From Spirochaetales bacterium (GTDB lineage: Bacteria; Spirochaetota; GWE2-31-10), in the NCBI GenBank assembly GCA_017624275.1, contig JAGANG010000010.1, positions 14,359 to 78,358 on the forward strand: DNA of 64,000 nucleotides, read 5' to 3'. Below, piece by piece: positions 17,714 to 27,665 of the stretch. Both the position numbers and the translations under genes were made by a program. The notes under the pieces were generated by a model. It saw only the letters and a list, made by a program, of their open reading frames with translations. It was not told the DNA's origin and did no database searches. Numbering within the stretch: position 1 is the first letter of the stretch; every line of letters starts with the position of its first letter.

Positions 17714-18168
17714 AGAAAATTTTATTTGTGTGTTTGGGAAATATTTGTCGTTCGCAAATGGCAGAATCGATATTTAGAAATATGGTAAATAATGCCGGGC
17801 GTGAAAATGATTTTTTTATTGATTCGGCAGGGACTTCTTCTTGCAATCAAGGGCGACCGGCTGATGTAAGAGCCATTGCCAAACTTGCACAGCACGGACT
17901 TTCTACAGATCACAAAGCCAGACAAGTAGAAGCGGAAGATTTTGATAATTTTGATTATATTTTGGCAATGGATTCTGACAATTATGAAACTCTGATGTGG
18001 ATGGCAGGTGATAACGAAGCCGGTAAAAATAAAATTATGATGTTTCGAACATTCGACCCGCAAGGAAACGGAAGTGTGCCGGATCCTTATTACGGCGGAG
18101 AAGAAGGTTTTGAAAATGTTTTCAAAATATGTGAGAGAACTTGTTGCGAACTGTTAGAAAAATTATAA
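17710..18168 (+). CDS. Low-molecular-weight protein-tyrosine phosphatase
   Basis: CLGNICRS P-loop (CX5R-S) at the N-terminus and a DPYYG acid loop. ATGA overlap with the recQ stop. Confidence 0.9.
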   Translation: MKKILFVCLGNICRSQMAESIFRNMVNNAGRENDFFIDSAGTSSCNQGRPADVRAIAKLAQHGLSTDHKARQVEAEDFDNFDYILAMDSDNYETLMWMAGDNEAGKNKIMMFRTFDPQGNGSVPDPYYGGEEGFENVFKICERTCCELLEKL

Positions 18169-18237
18169 AAAAGCATATTGATTTTTAATTTTATTAGGTG
18201 TAAGTAGTAGCTACTTTTATAAAATAAGGGGATAATT

Positions 18238-18441
18238 ATGGCTGAAATTTCAGAAAATATGAATATTAGAGAATTAGTACAAACTTATCCTGATGCATTG
18301 GGTGTTTTTGGTGCATACGGTATTGGTTGTATCGGCTGTGCAATGGCAAGATACGAAACAATTAAACAAGGTTTGGAAGCTCACGGAATTCCTGTAGAAC
18401 AATTTATGGCAGACTTAAGAAAAGCTGTAGCTGAAAAATAA
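18238..18441 (+). CDS. DUF1858 / hybrid-cluster-protein-associated redox disulfide domain protein
   Basis: 67 aa. IRELVQTYPDALGVFGAYGIGCIGCAMARYETI is the typical DUF1858 CxxC pattern. Confidence 0.7.
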   Translation: MAEISENMNIRELVQTYPDALGVFGAYGIGCIGCAMARYETIKQGLEAHGIPVEQFMADLRKAVAEK

Positions 18442-18465
18442 TTTGCGGATATTAGCTTTTTGCAA

Positions 18466-18496
18466 ATGTCCCAGAATATTTCTGGGGCATTTTTTA
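18466..18496 (+). terminator. Rho-independent terminator after the DUF1858 gene
   Basis: Stem TGTCCCAGA / TCTGGGGCA (one G-U pair), loop ATATT, followed by T5. Confidence 0.6.
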
Positions 18497-18544
18497 TGAT
18501 TTAAATTGAGTAATAATTAAGTTATTAAAAATAAGGAGATAATT

Positions 18545-20755
18545 ATGGATATTCAAAACAAAATGATTCATGCTTTGATTGATTCGGTTGATACTGTGTC
18601 TGTGTATTTTGAAAAAAATATTGAAACAGAAGATATCAGCGGAATTTATCTTTATTCCAGTAAAAAAGAAATTCCATATACCGTGAAATATGTTTGCGGT
18701 ACTCGTCTTATTCTAAAAATTGCAGATTTAAATGTTAAAAAAGCATATTTTTTATCAAACAGTGAGCAAGAACTTCAATTGATTCCTCACGGAGTTTTGG
18801 ACAGTGCAAAATATCGTTATCCCGGAGATGATTTGGGGGCCGTTTATACGACAAGAGCGACTACGTTTAAAGTGTTTGCTCCTACGGCAGAACGCATTAC
18901 ATTGAATATATACTCTGCACCGGAGGGCGGAAAAGCTGTTTCATATTCTATGACAGAAGGCGACTACGGCGTGTGGAGTGTAACCGTAAAAGAAAATTTA
19001 AAAGGTAAATTTTACGCATATAATGTTTTCGGAGAATATCCGGAATTTCAAGGAAAAAAAGATGTAGTCGATCCATATGCAAAATGTGTCATCGGTAAAA
19101 CCGGACGAGCTATGGTGATTAATGAAAAAAGTTACGGAAAAAAAGAACCGTTACGATCAAATGTACCGTTGTCTTCATCTGTAGTTTATGAAATTCACAT
19201 GCGTGATATTTCTATTTCGGAAGATGCCGGAACGACTTTCGGCGGAAAATATTTAGCTTTAACTCAAGATAAAACTGCATATCAAGAAAAAGCCGTAAAA
19301 GGCAAAAAAGCGGCGAAAGTATCGACCTTGTTGTCGCATATTAAAGAACTGGGTGTAAATACTGTTCAAATTATGCCTATTCAAGATTTTGATAACGATG
19401 AAAGTAATGAAAATGAATATGGCTGGGGCTATATGCCGCGTTATTTCAACAGCCCGGACGGAATTTATTCGTCAAATTGGAAAGACGACTCAAAAATTCG
19501 TGAAGTACGTAAAATGGTCGCTTCACTTCACAAAAACGGGCTGCGGGCAATTCTTGATGTAGTTTACAACCATACGGCAGAAGGTTTTTACGGCGAGGGA
19601 ATCTATTCGTTTAATGCGTTTGTTCCGTATTTTTATTATCGATTCGGTAATGGTTATATTTCAAACGGTTCCGGATGCGGTAATGAGTTGCGTAGTGAAG
19701 CTCCGATGGTACGAAAATTTATCATCGAGACGTTGCGTTTCTGGACAGAATTCTATGACTTTGACGGTTTTAGATTTGACCTTATGGGATTGATAGATTT
19801 AGAAACAATGCGTGAAATCGTAAAAGAACTTAGTGCAGTAAAACCGGATATTTTTATTTATGGAGAACCGTGGACTGGAGGGCTTACTCCTATCGCTCCT
19901 ACGTATAAAGGTGCACAGCGTTGTAATTCTTTTTCAGCGTTCAATGATGACTTTAGAGATGCGATAAAAGGAGCCGTTTTTGATGTAAGAGAGTATGGAT
20001 TTGTACAATCATCAGGAAGTATTCATCGAGAACGAGTTATTCAAGGAATTTTGGGAAGTATTAATACATTTGCAGCTGTTCCGTGTGAAACAATGAATTA
20101 TGTAGAAGTTCACGACAATAACACGTTGTTTGACAAATTGTATTATTCATTACGCAATACGGTAGAATTTGCCGAATTGGACAAAAAACGCCCGGATGAT
20201 ATCCAATTGTTGGAAACTATAAAAGCTCAACATAAACTGGCTGCATTTATTTTGCTTACCAGCCAAGGTGTGCCGGTTCTTCATTTGGGGCAAGATTTCA
20301 TGCGTACAAAACATGGCGTAGAAAACAGTTACAATAGTCCGGACAGTATAAACGCCGTCGTATGGAAACGCAAAATGGAATTTATCGATGTGTTTACGTA
20401 TTACAAAAACTTGATTGATTTACGAAAACAAAACTCAGTATTTTCATTGCCGCTTGATGTTGATGTACGAAAAGCAATAGAATTTCGTAATGACGTATTT
20501 TTGGCTGATAATCAAAATGCGATTGGTTATACATTGGATAGTGAAGACAAAACCATATTTGTGGTAATCAATCCTTATCAATACGATATAAATGTAAATC
20601 TGAAAGAAGATGGCTGGAATATGTTGTTATTCGGAGATGATTATTTCCCGGAAAATCCATTGCCGCTTCATTCGGCAAATATTACGGTTCCGAGACTCAG
20701 CGGTGCGGTATTTATAAAGAACAAAGTAGAACCCTCGAGTGTAGATAAAAAATAA
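18545..20755 (+). CDS. pulA: Type I pullulanase (GH13)
   Basis: YGWGYMPRYF (YNWGYDP-like), DVVYNHT, GFRFDLMG, YGEPW and VEVHDN conserved GH13 regions. Confidence 0.85.
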   Translation: MDIQNKMIHALIDSVDTVSVYFEKNIETEDISGIYLYSSKKEIPYTVKYVCGTRLILKIADLNVKKAYFLSNSEQELQLIPHGVLDSAKYRYPGDDLGAVYTTRATTFKVFAPTAERITLNIYSAPEGGKAVSYSMTEGDYGVWSVTVKENLKGKFYAYNVFGEYPEFQGKKDVVDPYAKCVIGKTGRAMVINEKSYGKKEPLRSNVPLSSSVVYEIHMRDISISEDAGTTFGGKYLALTQDKTAYQEKAVKGKKAAKVSTLLSHIKELGVNTVQIMPIQDFDNDESNENEYGWGYMPRYFNSPDGIYSSNWKDDSKIREVRKMVASLHKNGLRAILDVVYNHTAEGFYGEGIYSFNAFVPYFYYRFGNGYISNGSGCGNELRSEAPMVRKFIIETLRFWTEFYDFDGFRFDLMGLIDLETMREIVKELSAVKPDIFIYGEPWTGGLTPIAPTYKGAQRCNSFSAFNDDFRDAIKGAVFDVREYGFVQSSGSIHRERVIQGILGSINTFAAVPCETMNYVEVHDNNTLFDKLYYSLRNTVEFAELDKKRPDDIQLLETIKAQHKLAAFILLTSQGVPVLHLGQDFMRTKHGVENSYNSPDSINAVVWKRKMEFIDVFTYYKNLIDLRKQNSVFSLPLDVDVRKAIEFRNDVFLADNQNAIGYTLDSEDKTIFVVINPYQYDINVNLKEDGWNMLLFGDDYFPENPLPLHSANITVPRLSGAVFIKNKVEPSSVDKK

Positions 20756-20783
20756 TTTTTTCTATACAAATAGGGAGGTTGTC

Positions 20784-21695
20784 ATGTTAGAGATTCTATC
20801 TAATGAAAAAATGACATGGATTGATATTGTAAATGCTACATCTGAAGATTTGAATTATTTGCGAAAATCGTACAATTTTCATGACTTGGATTTTGATGAT
20901 TGTCTTACAAAAGTACAACGTCCGAAAATGGAAGAATATGATGATTATCGTTTTGTTGTTCTTCATTTTCCGGTAGTTCTTGATAAAGGTAAAAGCAAGC
21001 GTTTTCAAATTGAAGAATTGGATTTTTTTTGGGGAAAAGATTTTCTCATAACTGTTCGTTCATCAAATTTAAATCGTGTTTCGGAAACATTTGAACAGTT
21101 GCGAAATATAGAAAGCAAATTTAATAAGTATTTTTCACAAGGTGTAGATTATTTATTGTACAAACTGTTGCATAAACTTGTAAAACAAATAGAACCGATT
21201 ATGAAACAGATTAGCTGCGATATTGATTGGATCGATGTTAATTATGACAAGAAAAAAGCTGAAAGCGTTATTGAAAAGATTTCTGAATTACGCAGAAATA
21301 TAATTTTCTTGCAATCAGCTTTAAAACCGCAATTAAACATTTTTGCTGTTTTTGAAAAAACCAAAGACCAACAAGAAAAAAACATGGGGGTTTATTGGGG
21401 AGATATTGGTGACAGTCTTGTGGAATTTATCGATATGGCGGAAGACGATCAGGAATTACTGGAAGGTTTGTATTCTTCTATAGATACGTTGTTGACATAT
21501 CGGACCAACAAAATAATGAAAATATTGGCGATGATTACAGTAATTTCGTTGCCATTGACGGCTATTTCCGGATTTTACGGAATGAATGTAGCATTGCCTT
21601 TTCAAGATTTACAGAATGCCGTTTGGGGTATTGTCAGTGTAATGGTAGTATCCGTAATAATTGTAGTTTTGATTTTTACGATTAATAAATATTAA
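20784..21695 (+). CDS. corA: CorA-family magnesium/cobalt transporter
   Basis: C-terminal two TM helices with the YGMNV signature. Confidence 0.85.
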   Translation: MLEILSNEKMTWIDIVNATSEDLNYLRKSYNFHDLDFDDCLTKVQRPKMEEYDDYRFVVLHFPVVLDKGKSKRFQIEELDFFWGKDFLITVRSSNLNRVSETFEQLRNIESKFNKYFSQGVDYLLYKLLHKLVKQIEPIMKQISCDIDWIDVNYDKKKAESVIEKISELRRNIIFLQSALKPQLNIFAVFEKTKDQQEKNMGVYWGDIGDSLVEFIDMAEDDQELLEGLYSSIDTLLTYRTNKIMKILAMITVISLPLTAISGFYGMNVALPFQDLQNAVWGIVSVMVVSVIIVVLIFTINKY

Positions 21696-21730
21696 AAACT
21701 TTTTTGCTGTTTATAATGCACAACAAATAT

Positions 21731-21776
21731 AAAAAATGCTTTGTTCTTTACGAATCGAAGAACAAAGCATTTTTTT
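21731..21776. terminator. Bidirectional rho-independent terminator between convergent corA and the 21794..22369 gene
   Basis: 13-bp stem ATGCTTTGTTCTT / AAGAACAAAGCAT flanked by A6 and T6 runs. Confidence 0.7.
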
Positions 21777-21793
21777 GTTTCTACAAAATTGAA

Positions 21794-22369
21794 TTAAAAC
21801 GAGACGTTCATCGCCATTTTCAGCGAATCTTGTGAAAATCCGGCGTCAAAAGAAACTTTGCATTGTTCTATTGCTTGTCTGTAATGTTTATCCGCAGTGA
21901 TAAAAAACGGAATTGAAATTAAATCGAGTATTACTCCGATTCCGATACTTAGAAAATAGCAGGAAACTCCCACGGCAATGTCAGATTTATCCGGTGCCGA
22001 ATCATATTCCATAAGCCCTTGAACTACAAAACCGGTACAAAACAATGTAGGAATGGCTGTAATAATTGTTCCCGGTATAAAAAATCCCAATCCAATATTA
22101 AAATTTCTTTTATATGTATGATAGTCAACGCTGTTTTTTAACGGGAATTTTATTCTAAAATCAGGCGTTGTTCTGCCTTTTATACGCTGAACGTCGCTTT
22201 TATTAATAGTAATAATGCCGTCTTTAGTTTCTACCATATAACTGTCATTTGTGACATTTATGATTTTACCGCTGACTCGTGTACCGTCCGACATTCTGAA
22301 AGATGTGTCGGCAAATACATTGCAAATACAAGCTGCTAATATAGTTATAATAAAAAGTGTTTTTTTCAT
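21794..22369 (-). CDS. Membrane protein of unknown function (signal peptide, small beta-rich domain, C-terminal TM helices); paralogue of the 22387..23001 product
   Basis: Shares GxIxNxTxxSYxVExxxGIxxxxKxxV, GLGFxIPG and LDxISIPxF blocks with the neighbouring gene. Confidence 0.6.
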   Translation of the reverse strand: MKKTLFIITILAACICNVFADTSFRMSDGTRVSGKIINVTNDSYMVETKDGIITINKSDVQRIKGRTTPDFRIKFPLKNSVDYHTYKRNFNIGLGFFIPGTIITAIPTLFCTGFVVQGLMEYDSAPDKSDIAVGVSCYFLSIGIGVILDLISIPFFITADKHYRQAIEQCKVSFDAGFSQDSLKMAMNVSF

Positions 22370-22386
22370 ATTTTCTCCTTTAAGTA

Positions 22387-23001
22387 TCAGAACGCAACGT
22401 TCATACTTATTTCAAGTTTATCATCTCGAACATCTACACCTACACGATATTTTGACAAAACTTTTTGATAATATTGGTTAGCTAAATAAAACATCGGTAT
22501 GGAAATAATATCCAAAATCAATCCCACGCCTATGCAACTGAAATATAATGAAGTAGCCCATGTTACTCCAAGACTTACATCTTCATATTCTTGTTCTATA
22601 AATGCATGTACTACTGCCGGTGTAAACAACAACGGCGTCATTGTCAATGACAATCCGGGAATCAAGAAACCAAGTCCTATTGCAAAATAATGACGGTATG
22701 CAAAATAGTTTGGATCGTTTTTAAAATCTTTTAACGATACAAAAGGGCTGTTAGAGTTTGCTGTATTTGTCGGTTGGATTTCTGTCGTTTTCGCAGGTAC
22801 GGAAAAATCAATATCTTTTTTTACCGTATCAACATTTTCTTTTGCTACTTCTAATATTCCGGTAGGCATTTCTACAAAGTATGAAGTATCAGTTTCATTC
22901 ACAATCGTCCCGTTTACTACGGAGCCATTTTTTAGAATAATTTCTTCTGAAAATACAAAGAATGTAAGAAGTAAAAACAAAGTGATTAAAATCTTTTTCA
23001 T
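22387..23001 (-). CDS. Membrane protein of unknown function; paralogue of the 21794..22369 product
   Basis: Same block structure as the neighbour. 17-nt spacing, same strand. Confidence 0.6.
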   Translation of the reverse strand: MKKILITLFLLLTFFVFSEEIILKNGSVVNGTIVNETDTSYFVEMPTGILEVAKENVDTVKKDIDFSVPAKTTEIQPTNTANSNSPFVSLKDFKNDPNYFAYRHYFAIGLGFLIPGLSLTMTPLLFTPAVVHAFIEQEYEDVSLGVTWATSLYFSCIGVGLILDIISIPMFYLANQYYQKVLSKYRVGVDVRDDKLEISMNVAF

Positions 23002-23118
23002 TTTGTCTCCTTTTTTTAAAAATAAAAATCATTTACTACCAAAAAATATAATATTCTACCATATTTTTATTTATTTTCAATAAAACGAGTACAGCACAAA
23101 GTTAAAAAAATGCTTCCA

Positions 23119-23147
23119 TTGACAAAACATATGAATAAAGCTAAAAA
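23119..23147 (+). promoter_or_regulatory. Candidate sigma70-type promoter of valS (TTGACA-N17-TAAAAT)
   Basis: TTGACA at 23119-23124, 17-nt spacer, TAAAAT at 23142-23147, 37 nt upstream of the ATG. Confidence 0.5.
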
Positions 23148-23183
23148 TCACCAATCTTATATTATTTAAAGAAGGAATTACTG

Positions 23184-25862
23184 ATGAAACTGGAAATTGA
23201 AAAGACATATAATCCAAAAAGTTTTGAAGATAAATGGTATGGTTATTGGCTGGAAAATAATTTATTTGCTCCTAAAGCCGGGAAGAAAAAAGAAACATTT
23301 ACAATGGTAATTCCTCCGCCGAATGTAACAAGTGTATTACATATGGGGCATGGTCTAAATAATACTATTCAAGATATTTTGGCTCGTTACAAACGTATGC
23401 AAGGTTACGAAACATTATGGGTACCGGGAACAGACCATGCCGGAATCGCTACTCAAAATGTTGTAGAACGAGAGCTTGCAAAAGAAGGCAAAAAAAGAAC
23501 TGATTTTACAAGAGAAGAATTTGTAGATCGAGTTTGGGTTACTGCAAAACGACATCAACAGTCTATTATTTCTCAATTGCGAAAAATGGGTTGTAGTGCC
23601 GATTGGAATTATGAAGCATTTACATTTGATGAAAAACGCTCAAAAGCAGTTAAAAAAGTATTTATCGAACTTTATGACAAAGGTTTAATTTATAAAAGCA
23701 AATACATTGTAAACTGGTGTCCTCGTTGCGGTACTGCATTGGCTGATGATGAAGTAAATCATGAAAACCGCAGCGGAAAAATCTGGCATATTAAATATCC
23801 TATAAAAGAACTTCCGGGAGAATTCATTGTCGTAGCTACTACTCGTCCGGAAACTCTTTTCGGTGATACTGCCGTGGCTTTTAACGATACCGATGAAAGA
23901 TTTGCAAAGTACAGAGGAAAACATTTTATTTTACCTTTTATGAATCGTGAAATCCCTGCAATTTTCGATAGTTACGTAGACCCGGCATTCGGAACCGGTG
24001 CGGTAAAAATTACTCCGGCTCACGACCCGAACGACTTTGAAATGGGATTGCGTCACAATTTGGAATTTATCAACATAATGAACGGCGATGCTACAATGAA
24101 CGACCTTGTACCGGAAAAATTCCGCGGAATGGACAGAACCGAATGCCGTAAAGCTGTAGTTGCTGCTCTTGATGAAATGGGCTTGTTGGTAAAAATAGAA
24201 GATCATCAACACGCTGTCGGTCAATGTTACCGATGTAATACTATCATTGAGCCACGTTACAGTGACCAATGGTTTGTAAAAATGAAAGAACTTGCTGAGC
24301 CGGCTCTTAAAGCAGTAGCTGACGGTAAAATAGAATTTTTGCCGTCTCGCTGGGTAAAAGTTTACAATAACTGGTTAAATAATATCAGAGATTGGTGTAT
24401 CAGTCGTCAGCTTTGGTGGGGACACAGAATCCCGGTTTATACATGTAAAAGTTGCGGAAAAATGGTAGCTGCCGAAGACACTCCTGAAAAATGTTCTTGC
24501 GGATGTACAGAAATGAAGCAAGAAGACGACGTGTTGGATACATGGTTCAGTTCTTGGTTGTGGCCGTTCTCTACATTGGGCTGGCCGGAAAAAACAAACG
24601 ATTTGGCAAAATTCTATCCTACATCTACACTTGTAACCGCTCCGGATATTATATTCTTCTGGGTTGCTCGTATGATTATGGCAGGTTTATATTTTATGAA
24701 CGACGTTCCGTTCAGCAGAGTATTTTTTACCGGAATGGTAATGGATTTGCAGGGACGAAAAATGTCAAAATCTTTGGGTAACGGTATCAACCCGTTTGAC
24801 GTAATTGACAGACACGGAGCCGATGCGTTGCGTTATACAATGGTAGCAATCGTAAGTCCTAATCAAAACCTAAAACTTGGTTTCCCTAAAGAAGGCGACA
24901 AAGAAAGTACGGATTCATTTGAAATCGGAGCAAAATTTGCCAATAAGATTTGGAATGCATCACGATATATTTTAATGAATTTACCTGAAAATTTTGTTCC
25001 GGGAAAAATCGAAACGTTGAAAAAAGACACTTTCGATAATTGGATTTTAGGACAATTAAATAAAACAGTTAAAAATGTAATCGATGCTCTTGATAATGCT
25101 CGTTTTAATGATGCAGCAAAAGAAATGCAATCATTTTTCTGGGGCAGCTTTTGCGATTATTATGTGGAATTAAGTAAGACCAGAATGTTAAGTACTGATG
25201 AAAATGTAAAAAATACGGTACTTTCTATTTTGATATATGTTTTAAAAGAATTCTTAAAATTGCTTCATCCGATTATGCCGTTTATTACGGAAGAATTGTA
25301 TCAAAATTTGCCGGAACACGGATTGTCTATAATGGTAGAAGATTATCCGGAATATAAAGAAAATCTTGATGATGCGGATGCATTACGTAAAGCTCAGAAA
25401 TTCTTTGATATTCTTTATCTTGCAAGAAATATTCGCGGTGAAATGAATGTTCCGTTGGAAAAGAAATTGGATATTTTGGTAAAAACTGCGGATAACGATG
25501 TAATAGAACTTTGTGCTGCTTATGAAAAAGAACTTTTGACATTAGCAAAAGGTGCATCTGTAAAAGTCGGTGCTGATATTGTAAAACCTCAAGGTGCCGC
25601 TACGGGAGCAAATGAATATTGTGAAGTTTTCTTGCCTTTGGAAGGTATCATCGATGTAAAAACAGAACTTGAACGATTGAATAAAGAACTCGGTAAAGTA
25701 AATAAAGATTTTGAAAAAACATCGGCTAAGTTGAATAACGAAAACTTTACGGCAAAAGCTCCGGCGGAAGTAATCGAAAAAGAAAAGGAAAAGCTTGCAG
25801 AATTCCAGTCTCACTTGGAAAAATTGCAAAGAAATATTGAATTGTTAAAAAACATGCAATAA
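23184..25862 (+). CDS. valS: Valine--tRNA ligase
   Basis: HMGH (VLHMGHGLN) and KMSKS motifs, a CP1 editing domain and a C-terminal coiled coil. Confidence 0.95.
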   Translation: MKLEIEKTYNPKSFEDKWYGYWLENNLFAPKAGKKKETFTMVIPPPNVTSVLHMGHGLNNTIQDILARYKRMQGYETLWVPGTDHAGIATQNVVERELAKEGKKRTDFTREEFVDRVWVTAKRHQQSIISQLRKMGCSADWNYEAFTFDEKRSKAVKKVFIELYDKGLIYKSKYIVNWCPRCGTALADDEVNHENRSGKIWHIKYPIKELPGEFIVVATTRPETLFGDTAVAFNDTDERFAKYRGKHFILPFMNREIPAIFDSYVDPAFGTGAVKITPAHDPNDFEMGLRHNLEFINIMNGDATMNDLVPEKFRGMDRTECRKAVVAALDEMGLLVKIEDHQHAVGQCYRCNTIIEPRYSDQWFVKMKELAEPALKAVADGKIEFLPSRWVKVYNNWLNNIRDWCISRQLWWGHRIPVYTCKSCGKMVAAEDTPEKCSCGCTEMKQEDDVLDTWFSSWLWPFSTLGWPEKTNDLAKFYPTSTLVTAPDIIFFWVARMIMAGLYFMNDVPFSRVFFTGMVMDLQGRKMSKSLGNGINPFDVIDRHGADALRYTMVAIVSPNQNLKLGFPKEGDKESTDSFEIGAKFANKIWNASRYILMNLPENFVPGKIETLKKDTFDNWILGQLNKTVKNVIDALDNARFNDAAKEMQSFFWGSFCDYYVELSKTRMLSTDENVKNTVLSILIYVLKEFLKLLHPIMPFITEELYQNLPEHGLSIMVEDYPEYKENLDDADALRKAQKFFDILYLARNIRGEMNVPLEKKLDILVKTADNDVIELCAAYEKELLTLAKGASVKVGADIVKPQGAATGANEYCEVFLPLEGIIDVKTELERLNKELGKVNKDFEKTSAKLNNENFTAKAPAEVIEKEKEKLAEFQSHLEKLQRNIELLKNMQ

Positions 25863-25870
25863 CATAACAA

Positions 25871-25901
25871 AAAAATGGGCTGCTTAAGCAGCCCATTTTT
25901 T
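25871..25901. terminator. Bidirectional rho-independent terminator between convergent valS and nhaC
   Basis: Stem ATGGGCTGC / GCAGCCCAT, loop TTAA, flanked by A5 and T6. Confidence 0.75.
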
Positions 25902-25923
25902 ATTCAAGTAAAATCAAAACAAT

Positions 25924-27429
25924 TTATTTTACAGATTGTTTTATTCGTTTTTTTATAAAGAACAAAAATCCCCAAAGCATTGCCAGTCCACAGATAAGAG
26001 AAATAACAGCTGATTTGGTAAATCCGGCAATAATATATGTCACAAAAGAAATTACAGCCGTACATAAAGCGTAAGGCAATTGAGTTTCTACGTGTTTTAC
26101 ATGATCACATTCGGCACCGGCACTTGCCATTATTGTTGTATCGGAAATCGGTGAGCAATGGTCTCCGCAAACTGCACCGGCCATACAAGCGGAAATAGAA
26201 ATTACTCGTAATGCATCGGAAGAATCAGGGAAAACCGCAATACAAATAGGAATCAGAATCCCGAAAGTTCCCCAAGATGTTCCGGTAGCGAATGCCAAGC
26301 CGCAAGCTATTATAAAAATAATAGCCGGTAAGAAATTCATAAAGCCGGAAGCACTTCCGCCGACTACGGAACTAACAAAATCTTTTGCACCCAAGCTGTC
26401 AGTCATCGCTTTTAATGTCCATGCAAGACTTAAAATTAATATTGCCGGAACCATAGCTTTGAAACCGTCCGAAACACACGCCATGCAATCTTTAAAACTT
26501 AAAACTCTTCGAATACAATACATAATCAAAGTTATTACTAAAGTTGCGAAACTTCCGAGAACAAGCCCAACGGAAGCATCGGAATTTGCAAAGGCATTAA
26601 CAAAATTCAACTTGTTTTCTCCGTCACCAAAGAATCCGCCGGAATAAATCATTCCTAAAGTACACATAGAGATTAGAATCAAAATCGGCAATACTAAATC
26701 TATAACAGTTCCTTTTCCTATAGGAGTTTCGTCGAAATCTTCTTCATCAAAAGTTTGTGAATTATTTTCGTATTTAGCCATTTTTCCGAATTCAATTTTC
26801 ATCAACACCATTGCTATCATTATCACAATAGTAAAAAGTGCATAAAAATTAAAAGGAATCGCTTTTATAAAAAGTGCCAGTCCGTTTTCGCCTTCTGTGA
26901 CAAATCCGGAAACTGCCGCAGCCCAAGAAGAAATCGGAGCAATAATACAAACGGGAGCTGCCGTAGCGTCAATCAAGTAAGCAAGCTTTTCTCTTGAAAC
27001 CTTATATTTGTCTGTTACCGGACGCATAACACTGCCGACAGTCAGACAGTTGAAATAATCATCGATAAAAATCAAAACACCCAAACATATAGTAGAAAGC
27101 TGTGCTCCGACTTTCGATTTGATGTGTTTCTTTGCCCAATTCCCAAATGCGGCAGAACCGCCGGCATTATTCATAAGTGCTACCATAATGCCTAAAATTA
27201 CAAGGAAAATTATAATTCCCACATTATAACTGTCTGAAAGTTGTTTTATAAATCCGTCTTGAAAAACATGGTCTACAAACTTCGGTAAAGAGAAGCCTGT
27301 ATAAAAAACTCCAGCAATGAGGATTCCGATAAATAATGAAGAATAAACTTCTTTAGTTATCAATGCTAATACGATTGCTATAATCGCCGGTACTAATGAC
27401 CAAAATGTTCCTATCATTAAAAACTCCAA
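25924..27429 (-). CDS. nhaC: NhaC-family Na+/H+ antiporter
   Basis: 501-aa polytopic membrane protein with NhaC-like sequence blocks (AGGSAAFGNWA, DDYFNCLTVG, CGDHCSPISDTT). Confidence 0.75.
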   Translation of the reverse strand: MEFLMIGTFWSLVPAIIAIVLALITKEVYSSLFIGILIAGVFYTGFSLPKFVDHVFQDGFIKQLSDSYNVGIIIFLVILGIMVALMNNAGGSAAFGNWAKKHIKSKVGAQLSTICLGVLIFIDDYFNCLTVGSVMRPVTDKYKVSREKLAYLIDATAAPVCIIAPISSWAAAVSGFVTEGENGLALFIKAIPFNFYALFTIVIMIAMVLMKIEFGKMAKYENNSQTFDEEDFDETPIGKGTVIDLVLPILILISMCTLGMIYSGGFFGDGENKLNFVNAFANSDASVGLVLGSFATLVITLIMYCIRRVLSFKDCMACVSDGFKAMVPAILILSLAWTLKAMTDSLGAKDFVSSVVGGSASGFMNFLPAIIFIIACGLAFATGTSWGTFGILIPICIAVFPDSSDALRVISISACMAGAVCGDHCSPISDTTIMASAGAECDHVKHVETQLPYALCTAVISFVTYIIAGFTKSAVISLICGLAMLWGFLFFIKKRIKQSVK

Positions 27430-27434
27430 TTTTA

Positions 27435-27596
27435 TTATTTAGTTAGTTTTGTAAAATCCGTCGTCAACGGCTCTTTAACATCATCCTTGATAAGTTTTTC
27501 CATTACTTTAATCACATAATCTAATTCATCAAGAAGATTTGCAGAACAATATGTTTTGATCTCTTTTAATGCTTTTAAAGCAGCTTCGTTTGTCAT
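27435..27596 (-). CDS. Small hypothetical protein (53 aa), below the ORF-track cutoff
   Basis: Manual translation gives MTNEAALKALKEIKTYCSANLLDELDYVIKVMEKLIKDDVKEPLTTDFTKLTK. Strong AAGGAG RBS 6 nt upstream. The stop lies 5 nt before the nhaC start. Confidence 0.5.
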   Translation of the reverse strand: MTNEAALKALKEIKTYCSANLLDELDYVIKVMEKLIKDDVKEPLTTDFTKLTK

Positions 27597-27665
27597 TATT
27601 TTCTCCTTATTTAAGTATTTAAGTTTGTAAAATTAAAAATATCATTTCTTAGGTAATAGCAGTAC

